From positions 26,040,001 to 26,104,000 of the forward strand of contig NW_024704742.1 of the NCBI RefSeq assembly GCF_018977255.1: 64,000 bases of DNA. Reading direction: 5' to 3'. The position numbers and the translations under genes were made by a program. The notes below the pieces were generated by a model. It did not search any database. It worked only from the letters and a program-made list of their open reading frames with translations, and was not told where the DNA came from. Shown one piece after another: positions 1 through 11,104 of the stretch (position 1 is the first letter of the stretch; every line of letters starts with the position of its first letter). This stretch comes from Callorhinchus milii (taxonomy: Eukaryota).

Positions 1-186
1 TTTGTTGATGAACAGTGATTTTTGCTGGCAGACACCTTTGACATTTTACAGCCACGTAATGAAAATTGCAGTTCACGTTCTCTTAGCTGCTGCTATTGCT
101 GTTAACTGCTGAAGAGAAGCCATTGGATTTGTGTCCTTTCTTTGGCAAAAGCCTTACACCATTTTTTCACTTGATTTGCTTTTCAG

Positions 187-322
187 GTTAAGAAAAAGAC
201 GGGCAGCAAGTGGGCAAACAGATAATAATGAAAGTGGGAGTTGCAGTCAAACACACGAAAAGATGCAGGACGGACACAACAACAATGTACTCGGAACTGT
301 CTGTACAACCATTGCGAGTTAG
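187..322 (+). CDS. STK32B: STK32B (serine/threonine kinase 32B/YANK2) terminal coding exon
   Basis: Pyrimidine-rich acceptor ttgcttttcag|G at 186/187. Translates LRKRRAASGQTDNNESGSCSQTHEKMQDGHNNNVLGTVCTTIAS*, resembling the human STK32B C-terminus (LRRQQGQGSQ...KLQDGCNNNLLTHTCT). STK32B is the tail-to-tail neighbour of EVC2 in tetrapods. Confidence 0.85.
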
Positions 323-1040
323 TCAGCAAGAGCCCGGCTGACTGCTCTGGGAACCCTAGAAACACTGATTGTATGATAATGAAAATCATTTCTGTGCATG
401 CCTCGTAAGATACCATTTCTTCCCACCAGAGAACAACTTGGCTGATTAAGATTTTCCTGGGAAATAAAATCTTTACAAAATAAATGGATATTTTATTATC
501 ATCTGCTTGTACGCTGGAGTGGAAACGGGGAATTTTCCTGTTGGGAGTAAAGTCTTGCTCAGAAAGACTGCAGAATAAATATTACCAAACTGTCTTGAAA
601 TCAATTTTTCATATCACACATTCCTTCAAGGAATAAACCCACTTAGAATATGTGAAGGAAAGTATCACAGTCTTAAGCCTTTAAGCACAGTTTTGAGTCC
701 TGGTATCTGAAGTTTAGCTGTCTGTGAATATATGTGTGGTGCTGAATCTTTTTTTCCCAGTCTCACAAGATTCTTTGCTCATTTGTTTTGATGCTTGGAA
801 TCGACTCTTTGGCCTCAAAACATCAAGCTTTGTGAAAATGTTTCCTGTTTGTTCATGCATTTTTTCCAACTTTTATAAATTAGTTCAATGGTGTTTAAAT
901 GAACTCTTTGTTTATCTGAATCACAACACTAAACTGTGAGAATGACATGAATAAAGATGGTCATGCAGTGAATGCTGGCAAGTAAAAGGTTTGCTGGTGG
1001 AAATAACTTGCATTGATTAATTAATAAATAGTAAATGTGC
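323..1040 (+). other. STK32B: Probable STK32B 3' UTR with candidate AATAAA polyadenylation signals
   Basis: AT-rich sequence after the stop, with AATAAA at about 462, 574, 632, 950 and 1023. The true cleavage site cannot be determined. Confidence 0.5.
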
Positions 1041-1550
1041 ATTGTTTGTGAATAATTGATATTAGAGTCTGTTTCCCTTCTGTATATTCCTTGTTATTTT
1101 ATCATTTTAACTTTGTTAACTTAAAGCATTTAACATCTGGTAGAGACTCTTTTTACAGCAACTTGCATTTATATAGCGCCCTGCTGAGTGCTTTTACTGT
1201 TTGTTGTGATTATTTAGCTATAAATACAGCATTGACAGATTTCATTTGACTGTTAAAATTTATCTCCTCTAATAATTTGGGTGTCACCTGATTCCACATC
1301 AGTGGGAGAGGGACAGCAAAATCTGTGGTTCTTTAATCTTGAAAGTTCTTGGTGACGGGCTCAAGGCCCATAATGAGGGCACTAGTGTGGAGGAGAGGGC
1401 AAGATGAAAATATGATCAAAATCATTAGGTGTTTAAGTGTTACCAGGTCTGGGGTTTTCAATCCCTAATACATCATACACACAACCTTTCTGTGAAGGCT
1501 ATTTGTTTGTGACTCTCACTTCCTTGGGTGTTGTAATTTTCACTGGAGGA

Positions 1551-1641
1551 GCTCAGATAGCTCAGTTGATAGAGCATCAGACATTTAAACCATCGATTTG
1601 TTAGTGATCTGAGGGTCCAGGGTTCAAGTCTCTTTTCACAC
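1551..1641 (+). pseudogene. tRNA-Lys(UUU)-derived pseudogene with a 19-nt intron at the canonical 37/38 position
   Basis: GCTCAGATAGCTCAGTTGATAGAGCATCAGACATTTA[AACCATCGATTTGTTAGTG]ATCTGAGGGTCCAGGGTTCAAGTC closely follows vertebrate tRNA-Lys-TTT (GCCCGGATAGCTCAGTCGGTAGAGCATCAGACTTTTAATCTGAGGGTCCAGGGTTCAAGTCCCTG). D and anticodon stems intact; U33 is A; acceptor stem and T-stem 3' strand disrupted. Confidence 0.8.
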
Positions 1642-1649
1642 ATTAGTTA

Positions 1650-1828
1650 TTTACTTTCTGGAATTAGGTAAGCAGGATGCGTCCCTCCAGGGAGAGAGTG
1701 TTCATTCATTCCATTCCAACAATCTATCCATGTATAGGTGGGATGCACGTAATTCTCAGTTAGTTTGGCTACTCTTAAGCATGGTGATGGGTTTCTGCGT
1801 GTGTCAGACACCCAGCTGCCCCCAAAAA
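1650..1828 (+). repeat. Unclassified dispersed repeat (family X), 3' fragment
   Basis: Shares CCCTCCAGGGAGAGAGTG...ACTCTTAAGCATGG...TGTCAGACACCC with the 1990-2566 copy and others. Confidence 0.65.
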
Positions 1829-1989
1829 TGTTCACAGCAGAGCTTGCCGGAGTCATATCAATAAGACAAAATTGTGTCAATTTGGAGTATGTCAGCTTTA
1901 CGGTGGTGGTAAATCTGGGCTGTAAAAGTTCCTTTTCAGCCAATGATAATACACGTTTTAAGCAGGGAGGGGGAAGGTGGTGGTGATCT

Positions 1990-2566
1990 CCTTAGAGCTG
2001 AACCGTCTCCAAATGACATGCTTTGCAATGAAATGTTGCTTATTATTATTATTGTATTACCAAGGCTCTGTGGCGTTCTCGGTAGTCTGGTTCCTGAGCC
2101 ATGAGGGTCCGCAGTATTCCAGGGATAGCTAATGACAGCATAGCAGCCTGGCTCATCGGCACGACTCGGGAGGGCTGACCAGTCACTGGCGGCAGGGAAT
2201 CCTTCCACTCAGCTCCTGTTAACCCTGCAAGCCAAAGCCCTAATGGGCAGGGTAGTCCTAGCTGGACAAGCAGCAGGAAAGCTCACCAGACAATGCTATC
2301 AATGGCAAGCTATGTGGTTTTAGCTGGTTATTTTCCAGCAGTACTTCAACCTTTGGCTCTTGTCAACCTGCGCCTAATACCTTCTGGAATTAGGGAGGTC
2401 GATGCATCCCTCCAGGGAGAGAGTGCGCATTCCATCCCAACAATTTATCTCTGCAAATTCTATGTGTAGGTGGGATGAATGGAATTCTCAGTTTGGTTTG
2501 GATACTCTTAAGCATGGGGATGGATTTCCACATGTGTCAGACACCCGGCCGATCCCAAATAAAAGA
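1990..2566 (+). repeat. Unclassified dispersed repeat (family X), long copy with A-rich 3' end
   Basis: Collinear with the reverse complement of about 53622-54200 and with 20690-21180, 45735-46050 and 52350-52595. Confidence 0.7.
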
Positions 2567-3398
2567 AGATGGTGAGGTTAAGCTTGTGCAAAGCAATTAT
2601 TTTTGTTTTCAATCCAATCATAGTTGTGCTATCTCTGTCAATCTGTCTTTATCAAGGAGAGGTTATTTCTGCTGTTAGTGCTGCCCTATGTCTCTGTCAT
2701 TGCAAAACGAATGGCATCTCACAGCTGAGCACTGACGAGACTCAGTGCACAAGAGGTTCTGGACACAAGCCATTGCAAGATTTCAGATGCGCTCCTTGAT
2801 TATCCAACACATTAAATTTAATTTATTGTTATGCCAACACTTCATTCAGTGAGATAGACAATTAAGTCATATTTCAAAAAACAAAATTGATATAAAATCA
2901 CTTCAAAATTGACAGGATTATTTTCAGAATCGGTAGAAGGAAATCAGTATGAAGCTGATATGGTTATTTTCAAAGATGACATGTCAATTATATTTAACAT
3001 TGTACTGCAAACATTAAATGGTTGTTGATACAAGTTTCTATTTCTTATTTACAGCTTTCTGCATTTTAGCTGCTTCATGAAATCTTAAAAAAATCCACTA
3101 GAGATGACCATCTCTAACATTGCAGAGATCCTGAATTACACTAAACATCCAAGTTATGATCCACAATTAATTTAGTAATATGAATTAATTTATTAATGTG
3201 CATTACTTTTGAATTAATTTGTTAATTATTGTTTATTAATATAATTTAATGCAACTGAAGCACAACAACTAATAATGTTCCTGTTCCATAAAATTACTAC
3301 AATGCAATATACGTAAACTAATCATTGAAATCAGTTTAATATGCTTCAAAATAATATACAAGGAAGATACAAGGGGCATGAGTCCCAATTGTTGATTC

Positions 3399-3860
3399 TT
3401 ATCGGTACCTCGGGATCACGCTGAGAAGAGGTGAAGGGCAACACTTGTTGTTCTTGTCTCTCTTCGAGGACAGCAAGGACCCAATGCAAGTCAAGCTTGC
3501 GGCATATAAGACCTGTGTGCAAACAGTCCTCTCACCTCCAAAGTCCAGGATCAAACAGTGAGATGGATTTGTGGCAAACATGTAAAGCGGCTGCAGAGAG
3601 GCAGGGCTCCAGCCCACACTGAACTGTCACTAAGCACCCTGGAGGCGGAGGCAGTGGACACATCTATTTGCCAAAACCCCTCGCACAAAGACCTCGACTA
3701 AGCAGCTGGTGCTGAGTAAACCTGGTACACAACATTGGATTTGGACCTCAAGAACATCAAGGTGGTTAGAATGCCACAAGCTGTCCCATCAGGCTGAAGG
3801 CAGACGTCCATCAAATAACTGATGAGGAATCTCTGAGGCTTGGGGTGACAGCTGCTGGTA
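3399..3860 (+). mobile_element. Highly decayed non-LTR retrotransposon ORF2 fragment (RTE-like thumb region)
   Basis: Starts with YRYLGITL (the LINE YxYLG thumb motif), then MQVKLAAYKTCVQTVL resembling KL.VY..CV.S.L of RTE-type LINEs. Frameshifted. Confidence 0.45.
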
Positions 3861-3916
3861 GGTTTTATCTGGAGTCCGAGGTAGTGAACACATATTCACT
3901 AACAAACAATGTTACT

Positions 3917-4147
3917 AACACAGAGCCTAATAATAATCCCTCCAAAACCAAAAACAATAATAAATTGGTCATTTTCAATCTATGACTGTTTGTGGGACAT
4001 TGCTGTGCGCAATTGGCTGCCGCGTTCGCCCACAAATATACAGTCAATTCACTTTACAGTGTGTTCTGTGAAGCGCTTTGGGACGTCCTCCCGACGTGAA
4101 AAGCGCTATATCAAATGCAAGGATTATTATTATTATTATTATTATTC
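3917..4147 (+). mobile_element. Young tRNA-derived SINE, 5'-truncated, with L2-type tail and (TTA)n end
   Basis: Nearly identical to 16310-16536. Tail AAGCGCTTTGGGACGTCCTCCCGACGTGAAAAGCGCTATATCAAATGCAAGGATTATTATT. Confidence 0.85.
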
Positions 4148-6182
4148 ATAAATCCAGCACCTGGAATCCACCTTGATTGGCGTGCAGAGTGGCAAGCAGC
4201 TGCTGCTTCAGCTCTGCACCTCACAACCTCGCCAAACAACAACTTGCTAGAAGTAAACTGAGAACTATGCTTAAACCAGGTAAAGGTTATTCTGTAATCA
4301 ATTTCCTTCATTAATTAGAGGTATCTGTATTTCTCTTCATTCACATGCATTTGCACATGGTTAGCACAATGAACATATTTTTCAAATTGGTTGTTAATTC
4401 ACAATTACTAAGCAGAAATGAAGGACACTATGGAAATCTTCCCTGTTTTAATGAAAATTGACCTGATTAGTTTGGAAGGTACTCTGCAAGTCCTATGTGA
4501 TTTACTCTCCAGGATATTGCAGCTTCTAATGATTACTTTCATGTTGTGCTGATGGAAAAAGACGTTCCCTGAGGTAGGAACAGAAGCAACCTGTTAGCAC
4601 TGAGTTTTCCATATATGCCTGAGAACCACAGCACGTTTGAAATGGAATATGTGGATCACTCAACTTTACAGAAAATTCTATGAAATGCTTTAAGATGTCT
4701 TGACATCGAGATAAGGAGCTAATTTAAATACAAGGATTATCATTATTATTTATGTCAGTTCCATTGACACCAGCATTGGTATGGATTGCATTTGTGATGG
4801 TTCAACTTACCCACATTTCTAATGTGCTACAGGGGGTTGTATTGGATGCAGTATTGCTAAAGGTTCTTCTTTGAGCAAATAATGATCTTGGAATTTATAT
4901 CGGTCCAGTGAATGAAAATAAATCGTCAAAGAATGGAATAATCAATACTGCTACAAAGGAATAAAATATTTGTTGTCATACATATTAAATAAGTGACGTT
5001 TTATTGGCTGTGTCGACTGCTTCACTTAAAATGCCTTAGTTGATGAAGAGTTCCTTCACTTACCAATCTGACCAATTGTTGGTCAACAAATAAATCAATC
5101 AATAAAAGGAAAAACATGATGCCTAATAGAATTACAAACAACATAGATTTAAACTCTCACCGAAGACTTCATCTGCAAGAGTTCTGGCAATATCGTGAGT
5201 GAGAATACTCAAGGTTGGTTCTCCATCGATAGCCACTCAAGCCCAACAGCTGGACAGAATGTTGCCAGTCTATTTATCATTGAACCCTCACTGCACATCC
5301 AATGTCAGGCTCATTTGTTTTGAGAATTTCTATTTCAAGGTCTCTGCAATCTCCTCCCATGGTTTTCGGAACTCTCTGAGACTGTAGCGAATGTTAATGC
5401 ATAACAGCAACTCTTCAATACTCATCCATTCAATCACTCCAGACTTAGGTGAAGTAGGCATCCTGGATATTCTTTAAGAGCGAAGATGCTTCTTAAGCAC
5501 CAGTATATTGTCAGTATTGCTATACTTCATTGATCTTAAAGGCATAATATCTATCTGACTTGTTAAAAAGGTTATTAAAACCTGATATTGAAAATGTATT
5601 TTGACTTGTTGCATCTCAGATAACACTTCAAAAGCTCAAGTCACCTCTACTGAAAGAATAAACCTTCAGATCAACATTACATTACAGTTTAAAAATAACA
5701 CTACTGCCCACATTGCAAATGACAAAATTTACCAATTTATTTATAAATACATCAAACAAAATGTAACGTTTGGAGAATTTAAAATGCTTATGCAGCTCCA
5801 AAGTACTGTGTACTCAGCTAAGAACAAAGAGAAATTAAAATTGAATATCTCTTCTTGTGAGAAAAAGGGTAAAATGTCTCCTGGGGTTAGATGTTCTCTA
5901 TTAAAACAGCATTTTGCAAAATATGGAATCCGGCAAATTCTTAAATATAGCCTCAAATTTGAAGCCATTTTTATGTAAGTTTCTTTCAAGAACAACAAAT
6001 TACATTTGTATAGCACCTTTCATGTTGGAAGGACAGACCAAGTCACTGAAGTACTACAGAAAATGAACTTCAAAGTTAAGACTAAATTTTAAAAATTGAC
6101 ATATTCTCAACACTCTAAAATGCTAAGCTGATAGAGTAAATCTACGTGGAATTTTACCACAATAATTTCCGTTTTTCACACA

Positions 6183-6544
6183 AGTCCTGTGGCTCAGTGG
6201 TTAGAGCACTCGCCTCGGAAGTGAGAGGCCTGGGTTCTATTCCCAGCAGGGTGAAATGTTGGGCAAGATTCCCTATTCCACACACCTCTATTTACTTAGT
6301 AAGTAGGAACCCGTTGTTCGTCAATTGGTGGAATGCTTTTCCGGGGATAATAATCCCTCAAGAAAAAAAAAATAATTTGGTCACTCAATCCACAACTGTT
6401 TGTGGGACACGACTGTGTGCAATTGGCTACCATGTTTCGCCCACGAATATACAGTCAATTCACTTTACAGCATATTCCGTGAAGCACTTTGAGACGTCTA
6501 GAAGACGTGAAAAGAGCTATATCAATGCAAGCATTATTATTATC
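6183..6544 (+). mobile_element. Young tRNA-head SINE, long variant, antisense in the probable EVC2 3' UTR
   Basis: A box TGGCTCAGTGG, B-box-like GGTTCTATTCC, shared body, L2-like tail and ATT repeats. Confidence 0.85.
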
Positions 6545-6626
6545 AAATAGCATATTGATAAAAAGGTGAAGAGTGCAGTAACATGAGTTACAGAGGCCAA
6601 TACAACACCTTGAAATAATTCTGCAT

Positions 6627-6903
6627 TTAAGGTCTTTCTAAATTAGCCACAGTTGATCTTTTAAAGTTCAGGAAATTCCGCTTTTTCTTCTTTGGGCGAA
6701 GGTTTGTACGACAGGGTTCCTCTGCTTTAATACGAAACACAAATACTTTTTCATCTGTGTCTGGCAAGTTTAGCATTTGACCTATGGTTTCACCAGCTGG
6801 TTCAGGATGGCACTGAGCTTCTTGAGGAAGAAATTCAGAGGAAGTGTCCACATGAGAAAAGGACATACCTTTCAGGAGCTGCAATCGCTTTAGCTTCAAT
6901 ACC
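6627..6903 (-). CDS. EVC2: EVC2 terminal exon (human exon 22 equivalent), including the W-peptide and stop
   Basis: Acceptor tttcattttctcagcag| (NAGNAG; alternative start 6906). Encodes VLKLKRLQLL...LNLPDTDEKVFVFRIKAEEPCRTNLRPKKKKRNFLNFKRSTVANLERP*, matching human ...LLNTGEKLFIFRNPKEPEISLHVPPRKKKNFLNAKK. Confidence 0.93.
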
Positions 6904-7936
6904 CTGCTGAGAAAATGAAAGGAACCTTTCAATGTGATTTTGTTGCAGTGAAATGCAAAGCTGGTGAAAAATGTTTGGCGCCCAGCACAAACCTCATGCA
7001 TTTAACAAGCAGCACTCCAGCTTGTTAAAGTCATAAAATGGATGTGAAGTAGGGAATGTACAGAGGCTACATCAGCATAAGCACTGCAGTCAATGCAAAC
7101 AAGAAAGCAAGAATTGTATTTCTGCACCACATTGAACATTTAAACCACTTTGCACTATGCTTGCAGTGAGCAAAACCCACTCTCATTGTACCTTAAGTAT
7201 TAAAAGTAGTGCTGCCTCTCCAACTCACAAATCCATCAATTAACATACATTCATTACAACCTAGCTCCTTTGTGTCTTTCAGGTCCTATTGGTAATGTTA
7301 AACTGGTGCTGCTCACGTGCTAGATTAAAATATGTACTTGTACTAATTAGAGTTGTGGAGTTGGACAAAAAAGCAAATCAAATCTCAATTTAGGTACTGA
7401 TAATGAATGAGAGGCAGGGGATAAAGCTAACTATAAAGCTCATCACAAACAAATGAGTCTATCATTCCTTGAACATTCACTGCTGGTCAATTAATTTTAA
7501 CATTTACAAAGCGGGTTAAGTCATGCCCAGTAATGCTCGTGGCTTCGTAAATGGCTTTTTTATTGGTTACTGTAGCAACATACAAATAAGTTAATTTGTT
7601 TGGGCATTTTGTTTGCTGGTGTAGGAGATCAGCAATCCTATTGCGTATCACTCTTACATCACAAGTTGAACTGCAGCCACCTATAAGTAGTTTTCAGTTA
7701 TATACATCTGTTAAAGTGCTTCTCATTTCAAATACAACAGCTGATTCACTGACCATGTGGGGAACATTACTGGGGTCTATTATTACAACAGAGATATTTC
7801 CTGCTCCATTAGAGGGCAACTTGACATTTTGTGTCCATGTCATTGTTATCTTTCTACATTAATCTCACTTACCAACTCGTTTCTGATATGAATGATTTTA
7901 TTCGCCTGGAAATTTTTATTCACTTGGGAATCAGAC

Positions 7937-8146
7937 CTGGCAAGAGGACCTAGGTTTGATTCCCAGGCAGGACGAAACCTTAGGCAAGTTTCCTTACACC
8001 ACATGCCTGTTTAACTAGCAGTAAGTAGTAACCAGTTGTTAGTTTATTGGCAAATTGCTTTCCGGGGGTAATAATCCCTTAAAAAAATGTGGTCACTCAA
8101 TCCACAATTGTTTGTGGGACACTGCTGTGCGCAATTATCTGCCGCG
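7937..8146 (+). mobile_element. Young SINE, long variant, lacking its tail
   Basis: B-box region GGTTTGATTCCCAGGCAGG...GGCAAGTTTCCTTAC through CTGCCGCG; directly abutted by an inverted copy. Confidence 0.75.
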
Positions 8147-8405
8147 TTAATAATCCTTGCATTTGCAGTAGCGCCTTATCAGGTCTTTGAAACGTCTCAA
8201 AGCGCTTCACAGAATATACTATAACGTCTGTGTATCTTGTGGGTGAAATACAGCAGACAATTGCGCACAGCAGTGTCCCACAAACAGTTATGGATTGAGT
8301 AATTTATTTATTCTGAAGGGATTATTACCCCTGGAAAGCAATCCATTAATCAACTAACTACTGGGTTCCTACTTACTGCTAGGAAAACAGAGGTATGTGG
8401 AGTAA
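8147..8405 (-). mobile_element. Young SINE, long variant, 5'-truncated
   Basis: Reverse-complement tail TAATAATCCTTGCATTT...CAAAGCGCTTCACAG and body GCGCACAGCAGTGTCCCACAAACAG. Confidence 0.8.
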
Positions 8406-8477
8406 TTCCCAGGTGTAAAATCAATTATATCAAAAACGAGTTGGAAAATGAGATTAATGTAAAAAAGGATAGAGGTA

Positions 8478-9330
8478 GGAAGCAGCAAGACCATGGAGGA
8501 CTGTGAAGGCGAGGCCGAGGATTTTGAACTCCGTCCTTTGCGGGATGGGGAGTCAGTGGAGCCGGGCAAAGGTGGGGGGTGATAGGGTCACTCAGCCTTG
8601 TATGGGTGAGGACACAAGCAGCAGAGTTCAGAATAATCTGCAGCTTGTGGAGGGAAGAGTTGAGAAGCCCGATAAGCAGAGAGTTGGCATACTCGAGCCT
8701 AGATATGAACAATGTGTGGATGAGGGTTCCAGCAGCCTGAGGGATGAGGCAGTAGCAGCGTCGGGTGATGTTGCAGAGGTTGGGGAAGGCAGAGCGGGTC
8801 ATAGCATGGATGTGGGGTAGAAAGGCCAGCTGAGGGTCAAACAAGATGCCTAGATTCCTGACTAGCTCAGTAAGGTGGAGTGTGCATCCTTGGATGGTGA
8901 TACTGCCAGTGCCTGAGGTGTGGAGGCACTGACAATAACAATTACATGTACAATTACATTTGTATAGCATTTTTCACGTCGGGAGGACATCCCAAGGTGT
9001 TAATGGGAGCCAATTAGAAGGGCCTCAGTCCTGTTGATGTTCAACTGGAGAAAGTTTGCTCTCATCCAGGACTTGATGTCTGATAAGACAGTCTGTCAGA
9101 ACATCTGTGGTTCTGGACTTGATGGTGGAGGCAGAGAGATAGAGTTGGGTGTCATCTGCATATACGTGGAAGTTGACCACATGTCTGCAGATGATGTCAC
9201 CAAAGATGTTGAAGAAGAGAGGACCAAGGCTAAATCCCTGAGGAAAGCTGCACAAGATGTTTCAGGGAATGGAGGAGAAGCTGTTAGTGGAGACAAAGAG
9301 CAAAGATGGGATTTCAACCAGTCAAGGACA
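8478..9330 (-). mobile_element. L2 LINE ORF2 fragment, interrupted by a short L2 3'-tail insertion at about 8935-9003
   Basis: Encodes [27 protein letters not shown] and SRLEYANSLL (L2 RT and thumb motifs). Confidence 0.85.
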
Positions 9331-9640
9331 GAACCACAGAAGTTTTGATGAGTGCCTTTACCTATGACATGAGAAACTATTGAACAGGCATTATTAATTA
9401 TGCAACCATACCTAATAAATTGGGTTGATCTACCCAAGTGTGCAGTTGTCACGGCTCCACAATGTCATTGCCATCTAGAAGAATCGGTTTCAATGCCAAT
9501 AAATCAATTTTTATATGTGGTATTGTCAGCACTTACCAAAAACTGACTTCATTTCAGAGAAACAATCTAACACCTTCTGATTGCACCAATTTAGCTAGCA
9601 GCGAAAGTTAAAACGATTGTGGCCACAAGCTGCTCATTAC

Positions 9641-9742
9641 CTTCCTTTCTTTCTGCAAAGAGTGCGTGTCTTCTCCAGCTGCTTAGCAATAAGTTGCTCC
9701 CTAAGCTTTAGATTGAGTGACTGTTTGAAAGCCTGAAGCCTC
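9641..9742 (-). CDS. EVC2: EVC2 exon (human exon 21 equivalent, 102 nt)
   Basis: ttttgctag|G...AG|gtaatg. RLQAFKQSLNLKLREQLIAKQLEKTRTLCRKKG versus human KHQSWWQALDGKLRGDLISRGLEKMLWARKRKQ. Phase 2/2. Confidence 0.92.
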
Positions 9743-9903
9743 CTAGCAAAAGAAAGAAACAGTGAGACACTATGTTGCAGGAACACTGGTGCTTCAGATA
9801 CTATTAGCAGCAAATCATTAGGAGCAAATATTAATTGTAGCAAATCATCTCTATCATGATGATCATGGAGTTCATCTTTGGAAAGTAGTCTTTGCATTCT
9901 TAA

Positions 9904-9970
9904 CAGTGGTTCTCAATCTTTTTGAGCCCAGGACCCATTTGTTAACCTTGATGGCCTGTCGGGACCCAAT
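9904..9970 (+). mobile_element. Possible hAT (Charlie-like) DNA transposon end
   Basis: Begins CAGTGGTTCTCAATCTTTTTGAGCCCAGGACCC, a typical hAT-Charlie terminus. No matching opposite end found. Confidence 0.4.
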
Positions 9971-10007
9971 AAACAGCTTTAGTGCAAAAAAAAGGAATCA
10001 CCTCATT

Positions 10008-10410
10008 AATAGAATCATAGAATATTACAGCACAGAAAGAGGCCATTCGGTCCATCGTGTCTCTTTGGAACAGCTACCTAATCAATCCCGCTCCCCCACT
10101 CTTTCCCTATATTCCTGCAAATTTTTCCTTTTCAAGTACCTATCTAATTCCCTTTGACAGTTGTTATTGAGTCTGTTTCCACCACCCTTTCAGGCAGTGC
10201 ATTCCAGACCGTAACGACTCTCCATGTAAAACATTTTCTCCCCTCTAGATCTTCTGCCAATTATCTTAAATCTATGTGCCCTGGTTACTGACCCACCTGC
10301 CAGTGGAAACAGTTTCTCCTTATCTACTTTATCAAAATCCCTCATAATTTTGAACCTCTATTAAATCTACCCATAACCTTCTCTGCTCTAAGGAAAATAA
10401 TCCCAGCTTT
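10008..10410 (-). mobile_element. CR1 LINE 3' end fragment
   Basis: ATAGAATCATAGAAT...ACAGCACAGAAAGAGGCCATTCGG 3' terminus, followed by CR1 C-terminal sequence. Confidence 0.7.
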
Positions 10411-10502
10411 AAATGCACATTTTAAGAAAAACACAATTACAAGTTTAGGACGACTTTCTGATGTCAGTGGTCACAAATTATTTCACCACCAATAACTCTT
10501 AC

Positions 10503-10699
10503 CTCTTTCTCGAATCATCTGCAATGTTTTCACTCAGCCCACTATCAACCATTCTGCTACTATCTCTTGAGTAGATTTGACTGATTAGTGGAGCTATCTC
10601 GTTCTCAGTGGCATTGGGAAGAAGCAGGTTAAACAATGATTGCATCACATTTACTGGTACTTTCAGCTGCTGCACAAGGTAAGCCACCAACTTGATCTC
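10503..10699 (-). CDS. EVC2: EVC2 exon (human exon 20 equivalent, 197 nt)
   Basis: tttcattttag|GAG...AG|gtaaga. EIKLVAYLVQQLKVPVNVMQSLFNLLLPNA...ADDSRKR versus human ELRLASYLARMAMVPGATLRRLLSVVLPTA...ADVGRRR. Confidence 0.93.
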
Positions 10700-11104
10700 C
10701 TAAAATGAAACGAAGAAGCTTCAAGAGAAGCAATATCTCAGAGAGAAATACATTATTCCAACATCAAATGAAAACACAATATAGATGGATCCAATTGTTC
10801 CTCTCCCTGGGCATGAATATTTCCATAAGTGGTGGAACCATGCTATATTTATTCTGTATGCAACTACAATAAAAAAAATGTGATTGCACAAAGTCAGCAG
10901 TTATTTTTAACATTTTTCACTGAGGCAATGTCCTGCCAACAGTATAAATATAGATGGAATTAATCAATAGTCTGCTGCTTCTCTGAGCTTTCCTCAGTCA
11001 CATTAAGAAGATCTGGAGTGAAAAGATCATTGGGGCCATCGATCCTCATTCCTCCAGTAAATTAAATCTCCCATCATAGAGGGCAGCCCCACTTCTGTAT
11101 AGAG

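Noticed and set aside
5100-5530. Minus-strand stretch that reads protein-like (MSIEELLLCINIRYSLREFRKPWEEIAETLK...ILTHDIARTLADEVFGESL)
   Set aside because: Multiple stops and no family I recognise. TBLASTX would be needed before calling a pseudogene.
5601-5978. 125-aa + strand ORF
   Set aside because: AT-rich UTR-like sequence with no motifs or splice support.
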